Shown in pieces: positions 1 through 9,519 of a DNA stretch of 64,000 nt. Position 1 is the first letter of the stretch, and each line of letters opens with the position of its first letter. This stretch comes from Lactobacillus sp. (GTDB lineage Bacteria; Bacillota; Bacilli; Lactobacillales; Lactobacillaceae): NCBI RefSeq assembly GCF_051893255.1, contig NZ_JBJFHB010000065.1, forward strand, positions 223 to 64,222, read 5' to 3'. Below the pieces are notes generated by a model, which did not search any database, was not told the origin of the DNA, and saw only the letters and a program-made list of their open reading frames with translations. A program made the translations under genes and the position numbers.

Positions 1-449
1 TTCTTCTTGATCTTGTCCATCTTGGTGGCCACCACCAGGATTGGCAAGTCCAGGTATTGGGCATAGTCATACATGGCAATGTCATCAGCCGTTGGCTCAT
101 GGCGGCCATCAATCAAGAGGATCAAGCCCTTGAGATAGGCCCGGGTTTCCAGGTAGTCCTGGATCATTTCCCCAAACTCTTCTCGCTGCTTCTTCGACAC
201 CTTGGCATAGCCATAGCCAGGAACGTCAACCAGGTAAAAGTCATCATTGACCCGGTAAAAGTTCAAGGTTTGGGTCTTACCCGGTGAAGACGAGGTTCTT
301 GCCAGATTCTTTCTTTGCAAGATCGTGTTGATCAGGCTAGACTTGCCCACGTTGGAGCGGCCAGCCAGAGCAATTTCGTCTAGGCCATCTTGAGGGTATT
401 GACTCGCCTTGACGGCGCTAACGGCAAAGTCTGATTGCTTAATGATCAT
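1..449 (-). CDS. engB: Ribosome biogenesis GTPase EngB/YsxC/YihA, 3' end truncated by window edge
   Basis: Not in ORF track. Hand translation from ATG at 449 gives [65 protein letters not shown] (G1 GRSNVGKS). Overlaps clpX stop; canonical clpX-engB order. Confidence 0.95.
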   Translation of the reverse strand, partial: MIIKQSDFAVSAVKASQYPQDGLDEIALAGRSNVGKSSLINTILQRKNLARTSSSPGKTQTLNFYRVNDDFYLVDVPGYGYAKVSKKQREEFGEMIQDYLETRAYLKGLILLIDGRHEPTADDIAMYDYAQYLDLPILVVATKMDKIKK

Positions 450-1695
450 CGGCGGCACTTTCCTCTAATTCTTGACGAATTACCTTAGGCTGACCTGTAC
501 CATCAATGGTCTCCTTGGTAATGATGACCTTTTCAATGTCGTCTTCACTAGGAGTCCGGTACATGATGTCCATCATGGCATTTTCAATGATGGTCCGCAG
601 GCCTCTAGCACCCATCTTGCGTTCGATAGCCAGGTCAGCAATTTCCTTGACCGCAGCTGGTTCAAATTCCAGGTCAACGCCGTCTAATGACAAAAGCTTC
701 TTGTATTGCTTAATCAGAGCGTTCTTTGGCTCAGTCAAGATTCTGACTAAGTCGTCGCTGTCCAGCTTGTCCAAAGTGGTGATGATCGGAATCCGGCCGA
801 TAAATTCTGGAATCAGTCCGAACTTAACCAGGTCACCGGTTGTCAGGAAGTGGTTCCAGTTGTCATCGTCCACCTTGCCTGATTCTTGTTCTGCACCAAA
901 GCCGATGGTCTTCTTGCCTAAGCGGTTCTTAACGATTTCTTCGATCCCGTCAAAGGCCCCGCCGACGATGAAGAGGATGTTGGTCGTGTCCATCCGGATC
1001 ATTTCTTGTTGTGGGTGCTTGCGGCCGCCTTGAGGCGGAATGGAGGCAATGGTGCCTTCCAAGATCTTTAAGAGTGCCTGCTGAACCCCTTCACCGGACA
1101 CGTCCCGGGTGATAGAGACATTTTCTGACTTCTTGGAAATCTTGTCGATTTCATCGATGTAGATGATCCCTCTTTGAGCCCGTTCCAGGTCGTAGTCAGC
1201 ATTTTGCAAAAGCTTGAGCAAGATGTTTTCAACGTCTTCACCAACATAGCCGGCTTCCGTCAAGGTCGTGGCATCGGCAATGGCAAAAGGCACGTTCAAG
1301 ATTCTAGCCAGGGTTTGAGCCAGGTAGGTCTTACCTGAACCGGTTGGCCCGATCAAAGCAATGTTGGATTTCTGTAATTCAGTAGAAGAGTCAACATCCA
1401 TTTGACTGATCCGCTTGTAGTGGTTGTAGACAGCCACAGATAATACCCGCTTAGCCCGATCTTGGCCAATCACGTATTGGTCAAGTTCTTCTTTGATTTG
1501 CATTGGCTTAGGCAATTCGCGGGCTTCTTTTAATGAGTCCAGACGAAGCTCATCATCAATAATTCTCTTGGCAAGTTCGATGTCTTCGTTGCAGATGTAA
1601 ACGCCGTTGCCAGCGATCATCTTCTTGACTTGGCTGGCTGACTTGCCGCAGAAAGAGCATTTCACTTCTTCTGGATCTGAAAACTTTGTAGCCAT
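439..1695 (-). CDS. clpX: ATP-dependent Clp protease ATP-binding subunit ClpX
   Basis: N-terminal CSFCGK Zn-binding domain, Walker [23 protein letters not shown]. Confidence 0.98.
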   Translation of the reverse strand: MATKFSDPEEVKCSFCGKSASQVKKMIAGNGVYICNEDIELAKRIIDDELRLDSLKEARELPKPMQIKEELDQYVIGQDRAKRVLSVAVYNHYKRISQMDVDSSTELQKSNIALIGPTGSGKTYLAQTLARILNVPFAIADATTLTEAGYVGEDVENILLKLLQNADYDLERAQRGIIYIDEIDKISKKSENVSITRDVSGEGVQQALLKILEGTIASIPPQGGRKHPQQEMIRMDTTNILFIVGGAFDGIEEIVKNRLGKKTIGFGAEQESGKVDDDNWNHFLTTGDLVKFGLIPEFIGRIPIITTLDKLDSDDLVRILTEPKNALIKQYKKLLSLDGVDLEFEPAAVKEIADLAIERKMGARGLRTIIENAMMDIMYRTPSEDDIEKVIITKETIDGTGQPKVIRQELEESAADDH

Positions 1696-1783
1696 TAATT
1701 TCCTCCTATTTTTGCTAAGTTCTAGATTAGCATAAATACTGCCAATATGGGCGAAATTAGCTTTGAATTAGTGGACTTTTTTT

Positions 1784-1829
1784 GAAAAAAATAACCCCCG
1801 AACAGGGCAGTGCCATATCGGGAGTTATT
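1784..1829 (-). terminator. Intrinsic terminator after tig
   Basis: Minus-strand stem AATAACTCCCGA...TCGGGGGTTATT followed by T-run. Confidence 0.75.
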
Positions 1830-1843
1830 TGGAATCAGGACGA

Positions 1844-3169
1844 TTAGTCTTCGCTGTTTTCGTCTTCTGAGTCTTCAAGCTTAGCCTTAGCTACTTGCTT
1901 AGCAGTGTCAGTAATGAGGTCCATTGCCTTACGTACGTTGATGTCATGGGCCAGCATTTCGTCACTCAAAGCGTTGCGAACAGCCTTTTCGCTCATGTTG
2001 TAAGTATCTGCCAAGTCCTTGATTTCAGCGTCAACTTCTTCCTTGCTTGCTTCGAAGCCTTCCTTGGCAACGATCGCTTCAAGTACCAAGTTAGTCTTAA
2101 CGCGTTCTGCAGCGTTAGCTGACAATTGCTTGCGCAATTGATCTTCAGTAGTGTTAGTCAACTTGAAGTAAGTTTGTGGGTCGATCCCTTGACGTTGCAT
2201 GTCGCCCAAGTATTGGTTCAGTTGGTTGTCAACGTCTTCTTGGATCATCACGTCAGGAATTTCTTCAACAGTTGCGTTCTTAACAGCAGTTGAGATTGCA
2301 GCTTCTTGGATAGCAGCCTTAGCAGCTTCTTCCTTTTCGCTCTTCAAGTCAGCCTTGATCTTTTCCTTCAATTCGTCAAGGGTTTCAACAGAGTCGTCTA
2401 CGTCCTTAGCAAATTCGTCGTCAAGTTCTGGCAATTGCTTTGACTTAACTTCGTGGATCTTAGTAGCAAAGTGAGCTTCCTTGCCTGCCAAGTCCTTTGC
2501 GCCGTAGTCTTCTGGGAAGGTTACAACGACGTCAACGTCTTCGCCAGCTTCGTGACCTACCAATTGGTCTTCAAAGCCTGGGATGAAAGTGTTTGAGCCA
2601 AGTTCCAGTGAGTAGTTTTGAGCTGAGCCGCCGTCGAATTCAACGCCGTCAACAGTACCTACGTAGTCGATAGTTACAGTGTCGCCGTTTTCAGCCTTGC
2701 CGTTCTTCAAAACCATTTCAGCGTTTTGTTCTTGACGCTTAGCAAGTTCAGCGTCGATGTCCTTTTGGTAAACGCGAGTGTTTTGCTTTGGTACTTCGAT
2801 TTCCTTGTATTGGCCAAGTTCAACTTCTGGTTCAACAGTTACAACTGCCTTCATTTCCCAGTCCTTGCCCTTGTCCATGGATACAGGAACGATTTGTGGT
2901 TGGCCAACAGCCTTGATGCCAGTTTCCTTAACAGCAGCGGTGTAAGCAGCTGGCAAAGCGATGTTCAAAGCGTCTTCGTAAAGTGCTTCTTCACCGTAGT
3001 ATTGGTTAAAGATCACCCGTGATACGTGACCCTTACGGAAGCCAGGTACACGCAAGCTCTTCTTTACACGGTTAAATGCTTGGTCAAGACTCTTCTTGAC
3101 TTCGTCTTGAGAAATTTCGAAAGAAAGTTCACCAGTAGTCTTACCGGTAGTTTTCCAGTTTGCAGACAT
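1844..3169 (-). CDS. tig: Trigger factor
   Basis: Ribosome-binding signature [12 protein letters not shown] domain (FDGG...FIPGFEDQL). Confidence 0.98.
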   Translation of the reverse strand: MSANWKTTGKTTGELSFEISQDEVKKSLDQAFNRVKKSLRVPGFRKGHVSRVIFNQYYGEEALYEDALNIALPAAYTAAVKETGIKAVGQPQIVPVSMDKGKDWEMKAVVTVEPEVELGQYKEIEVPKQNTRVYQKDIDAELAKRQEQNAEMVLKNGKAENGDTVTIDYVGTVDGVEFDGGSAQNYSLELGSNTFIPGFEDQLVGHEAGEDVDVVVTFPEDYGAKDLAGKEAHFATKIHEVKSKQLPELDDEFAKDVDDSVETLDELKEKIKADLKSEKEEAAKAAIQEAAISTAVKNATVEEIPDVMIQEDVDNQLNQYLGDMQRQGIDPQTYFKLTNTTEDQLRKQLSANAAERVKTNLVLEAIVAKEGFEASKEEVDAEIKDLADTYNMSEKAVRNALSDEMLAHDINVRKAMDLITDTAKQVAKAKLEDSEDENSED

Positions 3170-3290
3170 TAATAAAATACCTCCAATGTCTATTTTGAGT
3201 TTGAGTTGCTACTCTGCATACTTAAATATCTTACCTTAAAGATGGGCAAAAAACAATCATCAGGCCCCATAAAATAAGGATTTTTTCAAT

Positions 3291-3325
3291 AAAAAAAGGC
3301 GCCCTTCATAGAAGGAGCACCTTTT
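3291..3325 (-). terminator. Intrinsic terminator after tuf
   Basis: AAAAGGTGCTCCTTC-TAT-GAAGGGCGCCTTTTTTT on minus strand. Confidence 0.8.
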
Positions 3326-3356
3326 CTACTTGTTAGAACTAAAATTCAGAACTAAA

Positions 3357-4547
3357 TTAGTCGTCGATTTCAGTAACAGTACCGGCACCAACAGTTCTAC
3401 CACCTTCACGGATAGTGAACTTAGTACCAACTTCGATAGCGGCTGGCTTGATCAAAGTAACTGAGAATTCAGTGTTGTCACCAGGCATAACCATTTCAGT
3501 ACCTTCTGGCAATTCGATTTCACCAGTGATGTCAGTGGTGTGGAAGTAGAATTGTGGACGGTAGTCTGAGAAGAATGGAGTGTGACGGCCACCTTCGTCC
3601 TTGCTCAAGATGTAGACTTGACCCTTGAAAGTTTCGTGAGTCTTGATTGAGCCTGGAGCTGCCAAAACTTGACCACGAACGATTTGGTCACGGTCGATAC
3701 CACGAAGCAATACACCAACGTTGTCGCCGGCTTCACCAAGGTCAAGAGTCTTGTGGAACATTTCCAAACCAGTTACAACTGAGCTCAAAACCTTTTCTAC
3801 CAAACCAACGATTTCAACGCTGTCGCCAACCTTAACAGTACCACGGTCGATACGGCCTGAAGCAACAGTACCACGACCAGTGATAGTGAAGACGTCTTCA
3901 ACTGGCATCAAGAATGGCTTGTCAGTTTCACGTTCTGGAGTTGGGATGTATTCGTCAACAACGTCCATCAGTTCTTCGATCTTCTTTTGAGCTTCTTCGT
4001 CGCCTTCAAGAGCCTTAAGAGCTGAACCACGAACTACAGGAACATCGTCACCTGGGTAACCGTATTCTGAAAGCAAGTCTCTTACTTCCATTTCAACAAG
4101 GTCGATCAATTCTGGGTCGTCAACCAAGTCGCACTTGTTCAAGAATACTACGATGTAGTTAACACCAACCTGACGAGCCAACAAAATGTGTTCACGAGTT
4201 TGTGGCATAGGACCGTCAGTTGCGGCAACAACCAAGATAGCACCGTCCATTTGGGCAGCACCGGTGATCATGTTCTTGATGTAGTCGGCGTGGCCTGGGG
4301 CGTCCATGTGGGCGTAGTGGCGCTTTTCAGTTTCGTATTCAACGTGGGCAGTGTTGATAGTGATACCACGTTCCTTTTCTTCTGGAGCTGCGTCGATTTG
4401 TGAGTAATCTTCAGCTTGTGCCAAACCCTTCTTAGCCAACACAGTAGTGATAGCTGCGGTTAAAGTAGTCTTACCGTGGTCAACGTGGCCAATAGTACCA
4501 ATGTTAACGTGTGGCTTAGTTCTAACGTAATGTTCTTTTTCTGCCAT
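3357..4547 (-). CDS. tuf: Elongation factor Tu
   Basis: [36 protein letters not shown]. Confidence 0.99.
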   Translation of the reverse strand: MAEKEHYVRTKPHVNIGTIGHVDHGKTTLTAAITTVLAKKGLAQAEDYSQIDAAPEEKERGITINTAHVEYETEKRHYAHMDAPGHADYIKNMITGAAQMDGAILVVAATDGPMPQTREHILLARQVGVNYIVVFLNKCDLVDDPELIDLVEMEVRDLLSEYGYPGDDVPVVRGSALKALEGDEEAQKKIEELMDVVDEYIPTPERETDKPFLMPVEDVFTITGRGTVASGRIDRGTVKVGDSVEIVGLVEKVLSSVVTGLEMFHKTLDLGEAGDNVGVLLRGIDRDQIVRGQVLAAPGSIKTHETFKGQVYILSKDEGGRHTPFFSDYRPQFYFHTTDITGEIELPEGTEMVMPGDNTEFSVTLIKPAAIEVGTKFTIREGGRTVGAGTVTEIDD

Positions 4548-4727
4548 TAAAATGACCCTCCTGAAATTTTACAAGAAGTCCGTTGAGACAAAACTAACGG
4601 ATGATTCTCTGTTGAATATTGTACTACTTTCCTAAGAAGTACGCTAGTATCTAAGCGCATCTTCTTGAAAATATCCAAAAATGATTATACTAAAAGTTGC
4701 CGAAAAGTAAAGACTTTTGCTTCAAGA

Positions 4728-5561
4728 TTAACCAGCATTTTTCGAATAAATTTTTTCCAGCAGTTTTTGGTAGGAATATGCCGGCTTTTTCTGTAAAAAA
4801 TCAAGCAAATCCTTGGCAAAGGCATCGGGATTTGAGATAAAAACTTTTTGACAAGGATAAAGACTCCCAAGAGCAAAATTTGCTTCTGCTAGGTAAAGGG
4901 GCAGTTCACTTGGCCGGTTATGAAACTTGCCAGCGATCGCAGTGATAACCTCTTTATAAACCGTATCCTGGTTGAGCAGCGGCACCTCTTTAGGAACAAA
5001 GGCGTGATTTTGCCCCAAGATGGTAACCGTAAACTGCTCTTCGCTCCCCAGTTTTACCAGATCTTCAGTCAAAGCAACCTTGACGGTTGAGTCTGCTAAA
5101 GGATCGATCAAGACGCTTTGGACAAAAGCCAGGTATGTCGGCAGATCCAGCTTAAAGAGCTCTTGATACTGGCTTAAGGTGACCGCATTGCTAGAGCGAA
5201 ATTGCTGCATGATCGCCTTTTGCTCAGTTGGCTTGGCCGGCTCCACCAAAAAATCCAATTCACCTTGGGTCAAATTCCTCACTTGCAGGGCTTCAATCAG
5301 ATAATGGTTGGCAGCTAAAACTTTTTCATATTCATCTAAAACCTGCTCGATAGAAAAAAGATCAGGCACCGCCTTGATGACGGCATATGCCTGATCTTCT
5401 TGGCTGCTTTGCCGGTAAAGCTTAGAAAGCTCCAAGGCAATCTGGGTGTCAAAGCCCATTCTCAAGGCTTCTTCCAGGCTGTCGATTGCCTTTTGCTTTT
5501 GTCCTTTTTGGGCAAAGTCCTTGGCCAGTTCTAGCAGGTTGTCCTGACTGCGGTTAGTCAT
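4728..5561 (-). CDS. Conserved hypothetical helical (TPR-like) protein
   Basis: 277-aa ORF, helical-repeat-like N-terminus, overlaps rnj stop; no catalytic motif recognised. Confidence 0.7.
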   Translation of the reverse strand: MTNRSQDNLLELAKDFAQKGQKQKAIDSLEEALRMGFDTQIALELSKLYRQSSQEDQAYAVIKAVPDLFSIEQVLDEYEKVLAANHYLIEALQVRNLTQGELDFLVEPAKPTEQKAIMQQFRSSNAVTLSQYQELFKLDLPTYLAFVQSVLIDPLADSTVKVALTEDLVKLGSEEQFTVTILGQNHAFVPKEVPLLNQDTVYKEVITAIAGKFHNRPSELPLYLAEANFALGSLYPCQKVFISNPDAFAKDLLDFLQKKPAYSYQKLLEKIYSKNAG

Positions 5562-7488
5562 TCTTTACCTTGCTTTCACTTTTACTTGCTTTTGCATTAT
5601 TTGCATTTTTACTGTTTGACTTCTTAGCAGCATTTGCTGGCTTTTTGCCGGCAGGCTTCTTCTTGCCGTTAGTCTTCCCCTTAGGTGCTGACCTCTTGGC
5701 AGGATTCTTAGCAGTCGTCTTGCTTTGCCGCTTACGCTTATTTGGCGCCTTCTTTGCGTCTTGCGTGCCCTTGCCGTCTGCTTGGTCCTCAGCCCGCTTT
5801 TGCATCGCCCGGTGGCGGTTTTGGTTGACTTCCATGACCACTGGCAAGACCACTGGGTGGCGGTTAGTCTGCTTGTAGAGGAACTTCTCTAGGCTAGAGC
5901 GCATGTCCTGCTTTAATTCAGTCCAGTCAAACTTCTTGTGTTCGAAGTTGGCTTGAATGGAATTCTTGATGACTTCAATAGCGTCATTCATCAGCTGGTG
6001 GTTGGCCTTGATGTAGACAAAGCCCCGGCTGGTTACTTGCGGTTCAGCAATGATCTTCTTTTTCTTGCGGTCAATCGTCACTACAGCGATAAAAATCCCG
6101 TCATCTGACAAGACTTCCCGATCACGAAGAACGATGTTGCCGACATCGCCCACGCCTGAGCCATCGATCATGGTGTCTTCACCAGGAACGGCATCCGTCT
6201 TAAAGAAGCTGCCGCGCTTAGCATCATATGCCAGGCAGTCGCCATTTTGGGTAATGAAGACGTCGTCTGGGTCCATGCCCGCTTCTACAGCCAGATTCTT
6301 AACAGCTTCAAGCAAGCGGTAGTCACCGATCACTGGGATCAAAATCCGCGGCTTCAAAAGGTCAACCAAAGTTTGGATGTCCCGACCAGTAGCGTGGCCG
6401 CTCGTGTGCATGTTCCGGCCTAGTTCAACTACCGTACCGCCAGCCCGGTAAACCATGTCGCTGGTTACGGCAACCGTCGTTTCGACTGAGTGGGATGGGG
6501 TCGTCGCGATAAAGACCAAGTCCCCTTCGTGGATCCGGATCATCCGGTGGCGGTTGTTGGCCATTTTTTGCAAGGATTGGAGCGGTTCACCCATCCGGCC
6601 TGTTTCAAGGATAACGGTCTGCTTGTCAGGCATGTCCTTCAGCTCTTTAAACTTCATCAAGAGGCCATCTGGCACTTCCAAATAGCCTAATTTCATGGCC
6701 GTATGAACGATCTTGTTCACATCCCGGCCAGTCAACAGCACCCGGCGGCCAGTTGCTGCGGCAGCGTTAATTACCTGTTGCACCCGGTTCAGGTTGGAAG
6801 CCTTGCCGGCAACGATGATCCGGCCTTTAGCATTGCGGAAAACGTCAGTAATGTAGTTTCCAACCTCGTTTTCGCTAGCGTTCGGGAAGTGAGCTTCGGC
6901 GTTTGAAGAGTCGCTCAAGAGGGCTAAAACGCCGCCTTCAGCAATCTCTGCCAAGCGGGTCATATCGGTCCGGTAGGCTGGGCTAGCAGATGGGTCAAAC
7001 TTAAAATCACCCGTGTAAACGATCTGCCCTTGCGGAGCGTGGATGACGATCCCTAATGAGTCAGGCACGGAGTGAGTCGTGTGGAAGAAAGAGATGCTGG
7101 CATTCTTAAAGTCGATTTCGGTGTCGGCATCGATCACGTTAAAGAGGCGATTATTCCGCTTCTTGTTTTCTCTTTGGACGTCGATCTTAGCCAGTTCAAT
7201 GGTCAATTTTGACCCAAAAACAGGAATGTCCCACTTGCGCAGGATGTATGGCAAAGCACCGATGGAGTCAGCGTGGCCGTGAGTTAGGAAAATCCCGGCA
7301 ACTTTATCGCCATATTGTTCAAAAAATTCCATATCTGGAATGACCACGTCAATCCCGAATAATGAGCTGTCTGGGTACTTGAGCCCAGCATCTAAAACGT
7401 AAATTTCATCGTTGACTTGAACGGCAAACATGTCCTTGCCTTGTTCGCGGACGCCGCTCAAGATCATGATTTTTAACTGATCTGACAT
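5554..7488 (-). CDS. rnjB: Ribonuclease J, J2-like paralogue with basic C-terminal tail
   Basis: beta-CASP/MBL motifs HGHADS, TTHSVPD, GDFKFD, HTSGH, SRGFVY; RBS AAGGAGG. Confidence 0.9.
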   Translation of the reverse strand: MSDQLKIMILSGVREQGKDMFAVQVNDEIYVLDAGLKYPDSSLFGIDVVIPDMEFFEQYGDKVAGIFLTHGHADSIGALPYILRKWDIPVFGSKLTIELAKIDVQRENKKRNNRLFNVIDADTEIDFKNASISFFHTTHSVPDSLGIVIHAPQGQIVYTGDFKFDPSASPAYRTDMTRLAEIAEGGVLALLSDSSNAEAHFPNASENEVGNYITDVFRNAKGRIIVAGKASNLNRVQQVINAAAATGRRVLLTGRDVNKIVHTAMKLGYLEVPDGLLMKFKELKDMPDKQTVILETGRMGEPLQSLQKMANNRHRMIRIHEGDLVFIATTPSHSVETTVAVTSDMVYRAGGTVVELGRNMHTSGHATGRDIQTLVDLLKPRILIPVIGDYRLLEAVKNLAVEAGMDPDDVFITQNGDCLAYDAKRGSFFKTDAVPGEDTMIDGSGVGDVGNIVLRDREVLSDDGIFIAVVTIDRKKKKIIAEPQVTSRGFVYIKANHQLMNDAIEVIKNSIQANFEHKKFDWTELKQDMRSSLEKFLYKQTNRHPVVLPVVMEVNQNRHRAMQKRAEDQADGKGTQDAKKAPNKRKRQSKTTAKNPAKRSAPKGKTNGKKKPAGKKPANAAKKSNSKNANNAKASKSESKVKND

Positions 7489-7634
7489 AGATTCCTCCTT
7501 TTCGTTTACTAAATCAAATAATATTTAATTGTTTATTTTCTATGGATCTGATGATCACAACGTTTTAAATCCTTTTAATTCTATCATAAAGTAACGAGGC
7601 TTGATAGTCGATAAGCTTAGAAGAAAAAGAAAAA

Positions 7635-7658
7635 GGCTTGGAGAATATTCTCCAAGCC
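7635..7658 (-). terminator. Intrinsic terminator after rpsO
   Basis: Perfect palindrome GGCTTGGAGAATATTCTCCAAGCC followed by TTTTTCTTTTT on minus strand. Confidence 0.8.
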
Positions 7659-7676
7659 CTGAAAGTCTTTATTAGA

Positions 7677-7946
7677 TTAACGACGCAGACCAAGACGAGC
7701 GATCAATGCACGGTAGCGTTCCAAGTCGTTTTCTTGCAAGTAACGAAGCAAGTTACGACGGTGACCGATCTTCTTCAGCAAACCAACGTATGAGTGGTGG
7801 TCGTGTGAGTGTTCACGCATGTGTTCAGTCAAGTTGTTGATGTCTTCAGTCAAAACTGCAACTTGAACTTCTACTGAACCAGTGTCACCTTCGTGAGTTG
7901 CGTATTCCTTGATGATTTCGTTCTTTCTTTCTTTTGAAACTGCCAT
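7677..7946 (-). CDS. rpsO: 30S ribosomal protein S15
   Basis: [34 protein letters not shown]. Confidence 0.99.
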   Translation of the reverse strand: MAVSKERKNEIIKEYATHEGDTGSVEVQVAVLTEDINNLTEHMREHSHDHHSYVGLLKKIGHRRNLLRYLQENDLERYRALIARLGLRR

Positions 7947-8030
7947 TTTAAAAGCACCTTTCTATAAATAATTGCCTCAAACAGCGTAAACCGCTAGGTG
8001 GAGCGAGTGAACAACGTTTGAGGTTCACAT
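7947..8030 (-). promoter_or_regulatory. S15 autoregulatory leader RNA (Firmicutes type)
   Basis: 5' UTR of rpsO with closing stem CCTCAAAC...GTTTGAGG; position matches known S15 leaders; no covariance model run. Confidence 0.6.
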
Positions 8031-8080
8031 AACATATATAATCATACAGGATTTTTTTGAAAAAGCAAGTAAAATTTTGC

Positions 8081-8109
8081 TTGCATCTAGGCCAATCATT
8101 CAGTATAAT
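8081..8109 (+). promoter_or_regulatory. Sigma-A promoter of rpsT
   Basis: TTGCAT-N17-TATAAT. Confidence 0.8.
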
Positions 8110-8148
8110 AATTGAGTGAATTTTAATCAGTTATTGGAGGTGAACCTA

Positions 8149-8400
8149 ATGCCACAAATCAAATCTGCTATCAAGCGTGTTAAGACTCAAGCTGCTGCTA
8201 ACGAACGCAACGCTGCTCAACTCAGCACGATGAGAACTGCTGTTAAGAAGTTCAAGGCTGCTCAAGCAGCTGGTGCGGACAACGCCTCCGAATTACACGT
8301 AGCTGCTGTTCGTGAATTGGACAAGGCCGCTTCAAAGGGCTTGATCCACAAGAACAAGGCTAACCGTGACAAGAGTCGTTTGGCTAAGCTTGCTAAGTAA
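8149..8400 (+). CDS. rpsT: 30S ribosomal protein S20
   Basis: [13 protein letters not shown]...[16 protein letters not shown]; start moved to ATG 8149 behind GGAGGTG RBS. Confidence 0.98.
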   Translation: MPQIKSAIKRVKTQAAANERNAAQLSTMRTAVKKFKAAQAAGADNASELHVAAVRELDKAASKGLIHKNKANRDKSRLAKLAK

Positions 8401-8414
8401 TTAAATTAGCAATC

Positions 8415-8448
8415 AAAAGGCGAGAAACAATGTTTCTCGCCTTTTTTA
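8415..8448. terminator. Bidirectional terminator between rpsT and holA
   Basis: AAAAGGCGAGAAAC-AAT-GTTTCTCGCCTTTTTT. Confidence 0.85.
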
Positions 8449-8484
8449 TTTTCTCTTATTAATCTCATAACTAATTTCTTCAGA

Positions 8485-9489
8485 TTAACAATTCAGCAAA
8501 AAAAGCTCTAAAAAGCGCTCATCCCGGTATGTCCCGTTCTTGTAGCCATAATCCAGCTGGATCAGTTTGCCCAGCATTTGCTGCAATTTTTCCAGCTTAA
8601 TGGAATTTTTCAGTGCTAGCTTGACCCGGTAAGGGTGGGCACTGAGTTCTTGGGCAATATCTTTTTCACTCCGCCTTCTTTTAGCCAAAGTCTTGACGCA
8701 GAGCAAAAATTCCACCTGGTTGATAAAGACAGCCAAAATCTGAACAGGATAGCTCCCCTCCCTGATTTGACCATTTAGTCGCTCAATCGCTTCTGGGTAG
8801 TTGCCCTTTAAGGCCGTCTCCAAAATGGCAAAAACATTCTGGGCAAGACTGCGGTCCACATTGCGGTCGACTAGGTCCCGGCTAAAGTCCTTATCCGGGC
8901 TGATCATCTTCAGCTTCAGATAGTTGCTAAGGGCCGTATCAAGCACCTGGTCGCTCCGCTCCATCAAGAGCGTGAAGGCATCTGGATAAAACTGGTAGCC
9001 TTCGGCCTTCACCAATTTTCTCATAAAACGGTCGCTGTCATAGCTCTTGACTTCAGCAGTAACCGTATTAAACTTCTTTTCTGCCAGCTTGGTGATCTTC
9101 TTGCGCCGGTCCAGCTTTTCATAGCTGGCCACCATAACAACTACATCGTCTAGCTGATCCAAGTGGTCAAAAATTTCCTGCAGCTGTTCTAGCTGCTTTT
9201 TTATTTTGGCCTGGTTCTTCTTGGGAATCGCCTTCCCCGTCAAAAAGTAGGGATTTTTCACCAGAACCAGCTTGCTCTGGCTAAAGAGACTGGCTTCAGT
9301 TAGGTCCGCAATTAAGTCATCCAAAGAATCCGTTTCGCAGTCCACCGTCACCTTTTCCAGGTCATTAAAGGCAGCTTGAGCGACATAGCTCCGGACTAAA
9401 TAATCATTTAAAAAGTCGTCTGCCCCTTGCAAGAGCAAGTTTGGGTTATTGGGCTGACTGTTTGGAAAAAGCGACACTAGATTGGCCAT
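8485..9489 (-). CDS. holA: DNA polymerase III delta subunit
   Basis: SLFSQSKLVLVKNP, KLDRRKK, HPYRVK; canonical comEC-holA-rpsT context. Confidence 0.92.
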   Translation of the reverse strand: MANLVSLFPNSQPNNPNLLLQGADDFLNDYLVRSYVAQAAFNDLEKVTVDCETDSLDDLIADLTEASLFSQSKLVLVKNPYFLTGKAIPKKNQAKIKKQLEQLQEIFDHLDQLDDVVVMVASYEKLDRRKKITKLAEKKFNTVTAEVKSYDSDRFMRKLVKAEGYQFYPDAFTLLMERSDQVLDTALSNYLKLKMISPDKDFSRDLVDRNVDRSLAQNVFAILETALKGNYPEAIERLNGQIREGSYPVQILAVFINQVEFLLCVKTLAKRRRSEKDIAQELSAHPYRVKLALKNSIKLEKLQQMLGKLIQLDYGYKNGTYRDERFLELFLLNC

Positions 9490-9519
9490 GTTTGCACCTC
9501 TTACTTTTTTGTTAGCTAT

